Shown here: positions 9,373 through 19,721 of the stretch, in pieces | Position numbering within the stretch: the first letter of the stretch is position 1 | How the letters are laid out: each line of letters starts with the position of its first letter | From: an archaeon | GTDB taxonomy: Archaea; Nanobdellota; Nanobdellia; Woesearchaeales; GW2011-AR4 | Direction of reading: 5' to 3' | NCBI GenBank assembly: GCA_002688925.1 | Contig: NZEC01000018.1 | Coordinates: 59,131-123,130, forward strand | Length of the DNA: 64,000 bases | Notes under the pieces: generated by a model | What the model saw: only the letters and a program-made list of their open reading frames with translations | Told to the model about the DNA's origin: nothing | Database searches by the model: none | Position numbers and translations under genes: made by a program

Positions 9373-11400
9373 ATGATATCAAAAACTATGGATGACGAAA
9401 AATCGAGTGAAAATCCTGAGAAGGGGCAATCAAAATTAGAAGTATTGATTATTTCTGATAATAAAAAATATAGTGATGCCGGAAAAGAATATCTTACTAA
9501 TTTGATAACTGCGGATGGAAGCTCATTATTTGAAATTAGTAATTTGGCAATAGATGATTTAATTACAAATGGTGATCTACTAAAAGAAAGATCCAGTGGT
9601 AATAAAGATGTAAGTGTATATAGGCCTGATATTCTTTTTTTCGATATCCGCGAAAATATAGATGATAGAATAAAACTTTTGGGAGGTTATTTATCATCAC
9701 ATAAAAACTGTTTTACTATCGTTTCGATAGATGAAAGGAATTTTGATTTTTTAATTAATCATGATGGATGGAAAGATATACAAAGAAATGCAAATGGACT
9801 ATCTTTATCTCAAACTTATCGGATGATTAGTAAAAAAAATGATTATAATAAATATTTCGAAAGAGTACTAAAGGAGATTCTGCCTGAAAATACCCTATCA
9901 ATAATAAAACAGGTAAAATCAGGAACACTAAATGTAACAAAGCCAAGATATATAGATTTTACAAAATATGCCACATTCTCAAAAGAGATGAGAGAAAAAT
10001 TTGGATCTGAATTAGTAGCAAAAAGCCTGGATATTCTTGCAACATTTAATCCAGATGAAACATACAAAATGCTTAAAAAAACTCTTCCAAAATATAGTGA
10101 AGATTCAATACCTCAGCATTGTTATCCTCCTTTCAAGGATTTTATTCCCATATCTTCTGCGGAAATAATTCCTATTATAAAAGACCAGGATAAAGGAATT
10201 ACATCTGCTTATGTTCATATTCCATTTTGTATAAGTGAATGTAAATTTTGTGATTATTCTGTTGTTGAAGGGGTAAAAGAGGCTCCAGCGTATTTAAAAG
10301 ATTTAAGAAAAGAACTAGAAACTATTTTTAATTCTACTGGATGGCGTACTTTATCACCTCAAGGAATGCACATTGGGGGCGGAACTCCTAGCACTTTATC
10401 TGTTGAATTAGTAAAAGAGCTTGGAGATTTATTAACTGATTTTTTCCCTAATTATCAGAAAAATAGCCGATTATCATTTGAAATTAGCCCAGCTGTAAAT
10501 GAAGCCAAATTAGATGCCTATAAAAATATCGGGGCTTCAAGAGCAAGTGTAGGACTTCAAGTCATTAGAAATGAAGGATTATTAAAATGGCTTAAGAGGG
10601 TTTATGCTACAGGCAAAGGTGAAAAAGCTGTTCAAATGTTACTTAAAAGATGGCCAGATAATACAAACATTGACATGCTATATGGTATTCCTCAACAAAC
10701 AATAGGTTCATGGGAGGAGGATTTAACCGCTGCCATTGAATTAGGAGTTCCATCAATAACATTTTATGATTTAAGAGTTTCTCCTAGAACCAGATTTGTT
10801 GAAAACCAACAATTCCCCAGTTTTTATGAAACAATGCTTATGCGTGTTATGGCTATAGAAAAGTTTTTAGAATCGGGGTATAAGCAAGTTTCAGATAATC
10901 AGGTTGTAGATAGCCGGGCTTTAAAAGAAATCGGGAATCAACCATATACTTACAGGGATGCTAAAAAAAGGGGGGGGAGCACATTGGGAATTGGACTTTC
11001 TTCTTATTCCATATTTCCAGGTTTAATATATTCCAATATAGGTGGAAAAGATCCTCATGAATCCAGTAAAATGATGGAAAATTATTCAAATGTAATTGAA
11101 GAAGGCAAACTTCCAGTAGATATAGGCAAGATATTAAATGAAGCAGAGCAAATGTCATTATTCATGATTCAAGGACTGAAATTATCCGGCATCAATAAAC
11201 CTGCAAATGGTGTAGATACAAATCAGTTTAAAACAAGATTTGGCCAAACAATCTACCAGGCTTTTCCTCATGCAATTGCTTTGCAAGATGCAGGGATTCT
11301 TGAAAAGAAAGATGGTTACCTTGGCTTAACACACAAAGGATTGGCATTTGAACAACTTGTTCTTAAAAATTTCTATCAGCGTGGAATCAATACTGCATAG
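9373..11400 (+). CDS. HemN/HemW-like radical SAM protein with long N-terminal extension
   Basis: YVHIPFCISECKFC (CX3CX2C), IGGGTPS, NIDMLYGIPQQT, GIGLSSYS, HemN_C-like tail. Confidence 0.85.
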   Translation: MISKTMDDEKSSENPEKGQSKLEVLIISDNKKYSDAGKEYLTNLITADGSSLFEISNLAIDDLITNGDLLKERSSGNKDVSVYRPDILFFDIRENIDDRIKLLGGYLSSHKNCFTIVSIDERNFDFLINHDGWKDIQRNANGLSLSQTYRMISKKNDYNKYFERVLKEILPENTLSIIKQVKSGTLNVTKPRYIDFTKYATFSKEMREKFGSELVAKSLDILATFNPDETYKMLKKTLPKYSEDSIPQHCYPPFKDFIPISSAEIIPIIKDQDKGITSAYVHIPFCISECKFCDYSVVEGVKEAPAYLKDLRKELETIFNSTGWRTLSPQGMHIGGGTPSTLSVELVKELGDLLTDFFPNYQKNSRLSFEISPAVNEAKLDAYKNIGASRASVGLQVIRNEGLLKWLKRVYATGKGEKAVQMLLKRWPDNTNIDMLYGIPQQTIGSWEEDLTAAIELGVPSITFYDLRVSPRTRFVENQQFPSFYETMLMRVMAIEKFLESGYKQVSDNQVVDSRALKEIGNQPYTYRDAKKRGGSTLGIGLSSYSIFPGLIYSNIGGKDPHESSKMMENYSNVIEEGKLPVDIGKILNEAEQMSLFMIQGLKLSGINKPANGVDTNQFKTRFGQTIYQAFPHAIALQDAGILEKKDGYLGLTHKGLAFEQLVLKNFYQRGINTA

Positions 11401-12340
11401 CCATTTTCGAAGAGTAAGTGTTCCTTAAGACTTCGAGAATATGCTCCACCATAACCAATATTCTTACATCATCATTGCTTAATTTTTTGCTTTGTTTTTT
11501 AATTGAATCTATAACTTCATTTCTTAACTCAATAAAATTTTCAGTTTTTTCAAATGAAAAATTATAGAATAAGTCATAATGTAATTTTATAGATTCAAGT
11601 ACTTTTTTTAAAATATTAACAGCTTTTGGCCCTAGTTTAATTTTAAGTTCAACAATATCTCTTGCCGCATGCTTCAGGATATCTATAACTGTATCCAATG
11701 AAGAGAGAATATTAAACAATATGATGGTATCATTATGCTTTGAATAACCGATATTGTTCAATGTTTTTAAGTTGTAATTAATCAATCTTGTGATATTATC
11801 GTGCTTGTCTTGGAAGCCTTCAAGTAGAACATAATCCTCATTTTTTGTAGCTATGTAAAGATCATTCATCGTATCTATTAGTAATAAGAATATTCTCCTA
11901 AGGATAGTATCAAATTCCTTAATTGAAGAAATAGATATATTTTTCATTATAATGAAATTTCCTCTTTCTTGGATTATATCCAAACCTTGACAGATGCCTA
12001 CTTCCTTATGAATTATTGAATTTATTGTAACTTTTTTATTAAGCCTATGGTAAAAAATATAAGGATTAGAATAAGTAAACTTTATTTGATTATAGCCTCT
12101 TATATACAGACCCCTTAATAAAAATATTAGCGAATCCTTATCAAGACCATCTACATTCACTTCAATAGTTGAAAGACTAGTTTCTTCTTCTTCCGCTTCA
12201 ATTAAAAGTTTATTGCCTTCATCTCTAATATTCAACTCATCCCCCTTTTTAATACTATATTTCTGGGCCCATTTCCTTGGAAGGGAAATTAGCTGCGTGC
12301 TATTTGCTATCTGGATTACCTTTCTCCTGATTTTAACCAC
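11387..12340 (-). CDS. AbrB/MazE-PhoU phosphate-uptake-regulator-like protein
   Basis: RKVIQIANSTQLISLPRKW AbrB domain followed by helical PhoU-like region. Confidence 0.8.
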   Translation of the reverse strand: MVKIRRKVIQIANSTQLISLPRKWAQKYSIKKGDELNIRDEGNKLLIEAEEEETSLSTIEVNVDGLDKDSLIFLLRGLYIRGYNQIKFTYSNPYIFYHRLNKKVTINSIIHKEVGICQGLDIIQERGNFIIMKNISISSIKEFDTILRRIFLLLIDTMNDLYIATKNEDYVLLEGFQDKHDNITRLINYNLKTLNNIGYSKHNDTIILFNILSSLDTVIDILKHAARDIVELKIKLGPKAVNILKKVLESIKLHYDLFYNFSFEKTENFIELRNEVIDSIKKQSKKLSNDDVRILVMVEHILEVLRNTYSSKMAMQY

Positions 12341-12577
12341 CCATAAATTTAACTGCTTATGGCATTAAAAATAACTAAATAATGAGTACACCCTTAGTCC
12401 TTGCTAATATAAGGTAATTATAACTCATATATAAATTTTTCTTTTTTATATAAAATTTAAGGAAATTATAAAATTTAAGCATAAAATATATAAAAATAAT
12501 AGTATTCCCATATATTATAAAAATGCTCTCTTAAGAGCCAATAAAGAGGTGTCAAATTTAAGAACGGAGGTGAAAAA

Positions 12578-12697
12578 ATGAACAGAAGAAACCTTAAAGA
12601 CTTTGAAGATATAAACGAGATTTTGGACAGGAAATTGAAAGATGAATTTGATCTGTTTTATATGGATGACACCAAAGAGAGTTTCAAGGATAATTAA
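12578..12697 (+). CDS. Small acidic protein (39 aa)
   Basis: GGAGGTGA RBS; MNRRNLKDFEDINEILDRKLKDEFDLFYMDDTKESFKDN; T-rich tract downstream. Confidence 0.6.
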   Translation: MNRRNLKDFEDINEILDRKLKDEFDLFYMDDTKESFKDN

Positions 12698-12791
12698 ATA
12701 GGGGTGAATTAAAGATAATAGGATCTGTTTTCCTTTTCTTTTTTCTGTTTTTGATAATTAAGGCAATGAATAGTTGATTGCACTATGCGGT

Positions 12792-12938
12792 CTAGTCCAG
12801 CACTAATCCGCATTTCTTGCAGTAGAATTCCTCATTAGAATATTCAATATCCTTGCTTCCGCACTCAGAGCACACTTTAGTAGGGTCTTCACTCTTGATA
12901 GTTTCAAGACTTCTTGGACTTCTTCCGGAACGCGCCAT
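12792..12938 (-). CDS. Stand-alone TFIIB-type zinc ribbon protein (48 aa)
   Basis: MARSGRSPRSLETIKSEDPTKVCSECGSKDIEYSNEEFYCKKCGLVLD. Confidence 0.7.
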   Translation of the reverse strand: MARSGRSPRSLETIKSEDPTKVCSECGSKDIEYSNEEFYCKKCGLVLD

Positions 12939-13073
12939 ATAAGAATAAGTGAATTATGCCATTTTTAAACATTTCGCTAAATTTTAGTTTCATTATTATT
13001 TAAAAAAATTCAAAATTATAGATAATTTTAAATATAACTAATTTTTACAGACAAATTAATTATTTGAATTAAA

Positions 13074-13337
13074 ATGTCAGAAAACAAAGACGCATACACA
13101 ATAAAGCATAATAGGCCTGACTGCATAGGCTGTGCAGCCTGCGAAGCAGTTGCCCCTGATTTCTGGGAGATGAAGGATGACAGCAAGTCCAGCATCAAAG
13201 GAGGAAATTGCCTTGAAAACGGGCAGGAAGAGAAGGGTATTGAAGAAAAAGATCTACAAATAAACAAAGATGCAGCAGACTCATGCCCTGTCAATGTAAT
13301 CCACATAGTCAAGGCTGATGGAGAACAGATTATTTAA
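13074..13337 (+). CDS. Ferredoxin (single 4Fe-4S cluster type)
   Basis: CIGCAAC...CPVNVI. Confidence 0.9.
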   Translation: MSENKDAYTIKHNRPDCIGCAACEAVAPDFWEMKDDSKSSIKGGNCLENGQEEKGIEEKDLQINKDAADSCPVNVIHIVKADGEQII

Positions 13338-13392
13338 TTCTTAAATTTTAATTTTTAACAAGTTTAATAAACTCTAATTCTAATATTCAATT

Positions 13393-13596
13393 ATGTCAAG
13401 TACCAAATGTCCAAAATGCAGCTCTGGTAATATAAAAACGATTAGTTATCTGGGCATAGAATGCATCATATGCAATGATTGCGGATATGATGAAACCAAG
13501 CAGTATGAAGTTTATCCTGAAAAAAATAAATCCCAGAAACAAAAGGGAAAATATACTCCTTACAAGACCGGGGGATTTAAAAGATCCAGAAAATAG
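13393..13596 (+). CDS. Small zinc-ribbon protein
   Basis: CPKC...CNDC with basic tail. Confidence 0.7.
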   Translation: MSSTKCPKCSSGNIKTISYLGIECIICNDCGYDETKQYEVYPEKNKSQKQKGKYTPYKTGGFKRSRK

Positions 13597-13661
13597 AAAA
13601 CATTAAATATTAATTTAATTGTCAACAATAAATTAATATAGCAAAAAATAAGGGTGGTAAT

Positions 13662-14162
13662 ATGAAAAAATATCTTTTGATTTTGGGAGTTATTTCTATG
13701 GTAATATTGACTGCATGCGCGCAGCAATCTCAGCCAGCTGCACAGCCGGCGCATGAAAGGGAAATTGCTGTCATAGAGCCTGCTGGTGAAATGATTAAAG
13801 AGACAAAAGAAGAAACTGCTGTAGAAGAACCTGGATCTAAATCTGTTCCTCCTACAGTAGAGCCAAAAGATTTACCTGCCAAAACATCCTTAAAGGAATT
13901 TAACATGATAGCAAAGCAATGGGACTTTGAGCCATCAACAATATTTGTAACTGAAGGTGACAGGGTAAAATTAAATGTAAAGAGTGTAGATGTAACTCAT
14001 GGGATTTCACTTGCAGAATTTGGCATTAATGAAATATTATCACCGGGAAAAACAGTAACAGTTGAATTCACAGCAGACAGGGCTGGTGAGTATATATTTT
14101 CCTGCTCAGTTCCGTGCGGAAAAGGGCATGGTGGAATGAGAGGAACATTGGTTGTAGAATAA
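13662..14162 (+). CDS. Cupredoxin-domain lipoprotein with CuA-type ligand set
   Basis: Lipobox LTAC; DVTHG and CSVPCGKGHGGM. Confidence 0.85.
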   Translation: MKKYLLILGVISMVILTACAQQSQPAAQPAHEREIAVIEPAGEMIKETKEETAVEEPGSKSVPPTVEPKDLPAKTSLKEFNMIAKQWDFEPSTIFVTEGDRVKLNVKSVDVTHGISLAEFGINEILSPGKTVTVEFTADRAGEYIFSCSVPCGKGHGGMRGTLVVE

Positions 14163-14171
14163 TATAAAAAA

Positions 14172-14942
14172 TCAAACAGCCATTATGCTATAGCCAGCAT
14201 CAACATAAATAACCTGCCCGGTTATGTTTTTGGACATATCAGAGCACAAGAACAATGCCATATTTGCAACATCATCCGCATTTATATTTCTTTTTAATGG
14301 AGCTTTTTGTTTTGCATGGATAAGCATCTTGTCAAAATCCCCGATTCCTGATGCTGCAAGTGTCTTTATTGGCCCTGCAGAGATTGTATTAACCCTTATC
14401 CCTCTGCTTCCTAAATCACTGGCAATATACCTTGCTGATGCCTCCAAAGCAGCCTTAGCAACCCCCATAACATTGTAATTAGGGACTACTTTCTCTGCTC
14501 CGTAATATGTCATGGCAATTACACTGCCATTATCATTCATCATAGGAACAACTCTTCTTGTAAGCTCAGCAAGTGAATAAGAGCTAACTTCCTGTGCAAC
14601 CTGATAACCTCTCCTATCCACATCATAAAAATTACCTTGTAAATGGTCTTTCTTGGCAAAAGCTATGCTATGCACTAAAAAATCAACCTTGCCAAACTCA
14701 TTTTCAACTTTATTGAAGAACTCTGTTAGCAGAACATCATCAACAACATCGCACTTCTCTGCAAGAGGATTGTCAAGCATCTTTAAGAGTGGCTTTACAA
14801 GTTGCTCAGCCCTTTCCTGGTAAGCTAAAGCAATCCTGACACCGTTATCATTCAACGCCTTGGCAATATGCCATGCTATGCTTGCATCATTAGCAACTCC
14901 AAAAACAACAGCCTTTTTTCCTTTTAGATTAAAATTTCCCAT
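14172..14942 (-). CDS. fabI: Enoyl-ACP reductase (FabI-type SDR)
   Basis: GVANDASIAW, VHSIAFA, TYYGAEKVVPNYNVMGVAKAALE, SAGPIKTLAA; start placed after GGTGGTGAG RBS. Confidence 0.92.
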   Translation of the reverse strand: MGNFNLKGKKAVVFGVANDASIAWHIAKALNDNGVRIALAYQERAEQLVKPLLKMLDNPLAEKCDVVDDVLLTEFFNKVENEFGKVDFLVHSIAFAKKDHLQGNFYDVDRRGYQVAQEVSSYSLAELTRRVVPMMNDNGSVIAMTYYGAEKVVPNYNVMGVAKAALEASARYIASDLGSRGIRVNTISAGPIKTLAASGIGDFDKMLIHAKQKAPLKRNINADDVANMALFLCSDMSKNITGQVIYVDAGYSIMAV

Positions 14943-15138
14943 TTTCTCACCACCAAAAAATTTATTTGTTAAAGATTTTATAAAGATTCTCAAAGGATAA
15001 AGCATCATATAAAATTTTATCTTCAAAGGAATTTTTTTATTTCCCATCTATAAAAGAATTAGTAGTGGATTTATAAAGATTTTGAAAAGCAAAAGACAAA
15101 TTTTAAATACTAGTCAAATTCTTCAGATTCCAATGAAA

Positions 15139-15420
15139 ATGGGTGAAAGACTAATAGAATTCTACGGGACTGAATGCGTGCACTGCAAGGAAATGGTGCC
15201 AATAATAGCCCAGGTTGAAAAAGAATTAGGAGTGAAGATTACTAGGCTGGAAGTCTGGCATGACAGCAAAAATGCAAAGCTCCTGAAGGAATATGACATA
15301 GACGAGAATGGAAATGAGTTCTGTGGGGGAATTCCTTTTTTCTACAATGAAAAGACCGGCAAGAAGATTTGCGGCAACACAAAAATTGAGAAATTAAAGG
15401 CCTGGGCAGAAGGCAGGTAA
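15139..15420 (+). CDS. Thioredoxin-family protein
   Basis: FYGTECVHC; cis-Pro loop GIPFF. Confidence 0.8.
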   Translation: MGERLIEFYGTECVHCKEMVPIIAQVEKELGVKITRLEVWHDSKNAKLLKEYDIDENGNEFCGGIPFFYNEKTGKKICGNTKIEKLKAWAEGR

Positions 15421-15477
15421 TTCTAGAAAGATTTATAAAAGATTTATTAATATTTTTATCTAATATTGAGTGTATAA

Positions 15478-16536
15478 ATGGTTAAAAAAGTTGTGGAAAA
15501 TTTCAAGGTAGAATATTTACAGGTTATGGATGAGAACGGCAAGGTAGATAAAAAGCTCATGCCAAATCTAAGTGCAAAGCAGATAAAAGAGATGTACGAG
15601 CTGATGATTCTTATCAGGACCTTTGATGACAAGGCCTTTTCCATGCAGAGGCAGGGCAGAATAGGGACATATATCTGCTACAAGGGCCAGGAAGCGTCTC
15701 AGATTGGAAGCACATATGCATTAAATGATAAAGACTGGATGTTTCCGATGTACAGGAATACTGCAGCCTATATTGCAAGAAAGCATCCTATGAGCATGAT
15801 TTTGCAGTATTGGAGCGGGGATGAAAGAGGCCTTAAAAGCCCGGATAAACTAAATAATTTTCCCTTATCAATAGGCGTTGGAACCCAGGAGCCTTATGCT
15901 GTTGGATGCGCCTGGGCATCAAAATTAAAAAAGGAAAAGAATGTTTCTTTTGTATATTTCGGGGATGGAGGAACATCAAAAGGGGATTTCCATGAAGCGC
16001 TGAATTTTGCCGGTGTTTTTAAAGTTCCATGTATTTTTATTTGCGAAAACAACCAATATGCAATTTCTGTTCCAATAAAGCGGCAGACAAACTCAGAAAC
16101 AATTGCTCAAAAAGCATTAGCTTACGGCATTGCCGGCATTCAGGTAGATGGAAATGATATTTTTGCTGTTTACAAGGCAGTAAAAGAAGCTGCTGATAAT
16201 GCAAGAAAAGGGAAAGGAGCAACATTGATCGAATCAGTTACATACAGGCTATGTGACCATTCTACATCTGATGATGCAAAAAGATACAGGTCTGATAAAG
16301 AATTAAAGCAATGGCAAAAAAAAGACCCTGTAGACAGGCTTGAAAAGTATATGAAGGCAAATAAGCTGTTGAATGATAAATACAAAGACGAAGTTGCAAA
16401 AAAAGCAAAGGAAAAAGTGGAAAAAGAAGTCAGGATTTTTGAAAATATAAAAGATCCTGATCCGGATGATATCTTTAAATTTACTTTTGAAGAAATGACA
16501 GATGAGCTTAAAGAGCAGAATGAGGAGATAAAATAA
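15478..16536 (+). CDS. pdhA: Pyruvate/2-oxoacid dehydrogenase E1 alpha
   Basis: QRQGRIG, GDGGTS...ENNQYAIS TPP motif, HSTSDD. Confidence 0.93.
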   Translation: MVKKVVENFKVEYLQVMDENGKVDKKLMPNLSAKQIKEMYELMILIRTFDDKAFSMQRQGRIGTYICYKGQEASQIGSTYALNDKDWMFPMYRNTAAYIARKHPMSMILQYWSGDERGLKSPDKLNNFPLSIGVGTQEPYAVGCAWASKLKKEKNVSFVYFGDGGTSKGDFHEALNFAGVFKVPCIFICENNQYAISVPIKRQTNSETIAQKALAYGIAGIQVDGNDIFAVYKAVKEAADNARKGKGATLIESVTYRLCDHSTSDDAKRYRSDKELKQWQKKDPVDRLEKYMKANKLLNDKYKDEVAKKAKEKVEKEVRIFENIKDPDPDDIFKFTFEEMTDELKEQNEEIK

Positions 16537-16537
16537 A

Positions 16538-17503
16538 ATGGCGAGGATGAATGTTGTCGAGGCTATAAATTCGGCATTGGACAATGAGCTAAAAAAAGAC
16601 AAAAGAGTAATAGTCTTAGGTGAGGATGTTGGTGTAAACGGAGGAGTCTTTAGGGTTACAGATGGTTTACAGAAAAAACACGGCTCAGACAGAGTAGTAG
16701 ATACACCATTAGCTGAGCTTGGCATAGTAGGAGCATCAATTGGTCTTGCAGTAAATGGAATGAGGCCAGTAGCAGAAATACAATTCTCTGGATTTATGTA
16801 TGCTCCCTTTGACCAGTTATTCACTCATGCTGCAAGAATAAGAGGAAGAAGCAGAGGCAGATTTACAGTACCAATGGTTGTAAGGACTCCATATGGTGGA
16901 GGAATCAGGGCTTTAGAGCTGCATTGCGAATCCGGAGAAAGTTTTTTTGCCCATGCAACCGGCATGAAAGTGGTAATACCATCAAGGCCTTACGATGCAA
17001 AAGGCCTTTTAATATCTGCAATCAGGGATCCTGACCCTGTTATCTTTATGGAGCCTATGCGGGTTTATCGCGCAATAAAAGAAGAAGTCCCTGAAACAGA
17101 ATATACTGTTCCCCTAGGCAAGGCAAACATCGAGCATGAAGGTTCCGACTTAACAGTCATCTCATACGGCGCAATGCTTAAATACACAAAGCAGGCCCTA
17201 GAAAAATCAGATTACTCGGCAGAAATTATAGATTTACGGACAATTGTACCATTAGACACTGAAACAATTATTAATTCAGTAAAAAAAACAGGAAGATGCG
17301 TTATAGTGCATGAAGCTCCCAAGACATGCGGCTTTGCAGCTGAAATCATTGCAAGAATAAATGAAAAATGCTTCTTTAATTTAGAGGCTCCGGTTGAAAG
17401 AGTTACTGGCTTTGATGTTGCATTCCCATTGGCCAAATCAGAAAATCATTATCTTCCAAGTGAAAAAAGAATCTTGAAAGCAGTAGATAAAGTTATGAAA
17501 TAA
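16538..17503 (+). CDS. pdhB: Pyruvate/2-oxoacid dehydrogenase E1 beta
   Basis: GEDVGVNGGVFR, DTPLAE, EIQF. Confidence 0.93.
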   Translation: MARMNVVEAINSALDNELKKDKRVIVLGEDVGVNGGVFRVTDGLQKKHGSDRVVDTPLAELGIVGASIGLAVNGMRPVAEIQFSGFMYAPFDQLFTHAARIRGRSRGRFTVPMVVRTPYGGGIRALELHCESGESFFAHATGMKVVIPSRPYDAKGLLISAIRDPDPVIFMEPMRVYRAIKEEVPETEYTVPLGKANIEHEGSDLTVISYGAMLKYTKQALEKSDYSAEIIDLRTIVPLDTETIINSVKKTGRCVIVHEAPKTCGFAAEIIARINEKCFFNLEAPVERVTGFDVAFPLAKSENHYLPSEKRILKAVDKVMK

Positions 17504-17551
17504 TGAAAAATTATAATTAAAAAATATTAAAACCTAAAATAAAATACCAAA

Positions 17552-18781
17552 ATGGCTTTTGAATTTAAATTCCCGGATGTTGGTGAAGGAATCACTGAAG
17601 GGACTATTGTAAAATGGAAAGTAAAACAAGGGGATAAAGTTAATTCTGATCAAATCCTGGCAGAAGTTGAGACAGACAAGGCCATAGTTGAAATTCCAAG
17701 CCCAAAAAAAGGCACAATTCTTAAGCTGAATCACAAGGAAGGCGATACAATAAATGTTGGAGAAGTTCTTGCTGTTATTGGTGAAAAAGGGGAAAAAGTA
17801 AGTAAAAAGGCTCTAAAAAAGGAAGATAAAAAGCCATATACGGGCAGCGTTGTAGGATTTTTAGAGGAAGCTCCTGAAGAGGAAGAAGTATCAAAGCTGA
17901 AAAAAGCCGATGCAAAAGCAGGCAAATCCATAATAGCTGCTCCGAAAGCAAGAAAGCTTGCCAAAGAGCTTAATGTTAGCCTGGAAAATATTTCCGGAAC
18001 AGGCCCGGGTGGAAGAATAACAGAGGATGATGTAAAAAAATCCTCATCAGGAAAGCCAGCTGCAAAAGTCACAAAAAAATACGATCTATTTGGATATGTT
18101 GACAGGGTTCCATTAAAAGGTATAAGGAAGATAACTGCCCAAAAGATGAGGGAAGCTGTTAGCAATGCAGCCTTGGTAACGCACCATGACCATGTTGATG
18201 TTACTGCGCTTTCAGATTTAAGGAAAATAGAAAAGGAAAAAGCCGCTAAAAAAGGAGTTCACCTGACTTACCTTCCTTTCATTTTAAGGGCTACAATAAA
18301 ATCACTAAAAAAACACCCGTTTGTTGCTTCAAGCGTTGAAGGAGATGAAATAATAATAAAGAAATATTACAACATAGGCGTTGCAATTGACACTCCGGAC
18401 GGCTTAATAGTTCCAGTAGTAAAAGGGGCTGACCAGAAAAAATTATATGATTTGGCAAACGAAATAAACACTTATGTGGAAAAGGTCAAGAAAAGAAAGA
18501 TTGACCTTATGGATTTAAAGGGAGGGGTTTTCACAATAACAAACATAGGGGTGATAGGAAGCACTTACTTCACACCTATAGTTAATTACCCTGAGACATG
18601 CATCTTAGGAACCGGAAGGATTGAAAAAAAGGTTGCTGTCAGGGATGATAAGATTGTGATAAGAAAAATAATGCCAATATCATTCACTTATGATCATCGC
18701 GTTCTTGATGGAGCAGAAGCAGCTAGGTTTATGAATGATTTGAGAAATATACTTGAAAAACCCGAAAGTTTGGTTAAATGA
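17552..18781 (+). CDS. pdhC: Dihydrolipoamide acyltransferase E2
   Basis: Lipoyl motif ETDKA, E3-binding GTGPGGRI, catalytic DHRVLDG. Confidence 0.93.
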   Translation: MAFEFKFPDVGEGITEGTIVKWKVKQGDKVNSDQILAEVETDKAIVEIPSPKKGTILKLNHKEGDTINVGEVLAVIGEKGEKVSKKALKKEDKKPYTGSVVGFLEEAPEEEEVSKLKKADAKAGKSIIAAPKARKLAKELNVSLENISGTGPGGRITEDDVKKSSSGKPAAKVTKKYDLFGYVDRVPLKGIRKITAQKMREAVSNAALVTHHDHVDVTALSDLRKIEKEKAAKKGVHLTYLPFILRATIKSLKKHPFVASSVEGDEIIIKKYYNIGVAIDTPDGLIVPVVKGADQKKLYDLANEINTYVEKVKKRKIDLMDLKGGVFTITNIGVIGSTYFTPIVNYPETCILGTGRIEKKVAVRDDKIVIRKIMPISFTYDHRVLDGAEAARFMNDLRNILEKPESLVK

Positions 18782-18967
18782 GATTAGGCATGAATTTCTA
18801 GAAGTTATTATCAAACCAAATCAGATTCTATATGTTCCAATTTTTTATTTGAAAAACTTTGATTGCCCAAATAAATCTCTTTTCCAACTAATTTAATCAA
18901 TTTCCACCTTCATCCGAAAAAGTATATTTTTCTGAATAGCTATTGTATACTGCTTCTTTTAAAAATG

Positions 18968-19666
18968 TTATCCCAAAACTTCCTTTAACACACTCTTCTC
19001 ATCTGTTTTCATTCCAATCTTATTGAAAAAACTGCATACATTTTTAATGTCTCTTTTTAAGTATTCTTCTGCCCTTGTATGCCTTAAAGTAGTGGTTTGA
19101 GACATATCAATAAAAACAGGAGTTTCATCAAAATTCAGTATATTAAATGCAGATAAGTCCGCATGTACCATCCCTACCTTGTATAATTTTTTTATATTAT
19201 CTACAATCTTGTCAAAAAACTTTTTCTTGTTTTTTGGAATTTTATCTTTTAACTTTGGGGCAATATCATCATTTCTACCTATAAATTCCAGAACAAGGAT
19301 ATTGTTTGAGAATGTTAAAGGTATTGGAACATTAACCCCTGCTTCCCTTGCCTTGATTAAATTTCTATACTCCCTTTGAACCCAAGCAAAAATAACATTC
19401 CTTTTTCTCTTTTTTAAACTTAAATATCTTGGGTCTCCTTTAATATAATCATACATCTTGTTAAAATCGCAAGTTTCCAACCTGTAAACCTTAATCATCA
19501 ACCTCTCTTCATCTTTTGTTAATGCAGAAAAGACATTGCTTTCTTTCCCTATGCTTATTGGGCTTTCAAGACCTTTAAAATGCCCTTGTGTAATAAGCTT
19601 GAATAGAGTCCTGTTTGTAAACTCATCAAATACTCCATGCTTTGTCTTGAAAGATTCTTTAGTCAT
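18968..19666 (-). CDS. rio1: RIO1-family serine kinase
   Basis: IGKESNVF, VHADLSAFNIL, IDMSQ. Confidence 0.9.
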   Translation of the reverse strand: MTKESFKTKHGVFDEFTNRTLFKLITQGHFKGLESPISIGKESNVFSALTKDEERLMIKVYRLETCDFNKMYDYIKGDPRYLSLKKRKRNVIFAWVQREYRNLIKAREAGVNVPIPLTFSNNILVLEFIGRNDDIAPKLKDKIPKNKKKFFDKIVDNIKKLYKVGMVHADLSAFNILNFDETPVFIDMSQTTTLRHTRAEEYLKRDIKNVCSFFNKIGMKTDEKSVLKEVLG

Positions 19667-19721
19667 TATATATAGTAAAATGCAACGAGTTTATAAAGTT
19701 TTGATTTTTTTCAGAAACAAT

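Noticed and set aside
15478-18781. PDH cluster lacking E3
   Set aside because: lpd is often encoded elsewhere; cannot be judged from one window
18790-18965. Short protein-like fragments between pdhC and rio1
   Set aside because: No start or recognisable family; cannot support a pseudogene call
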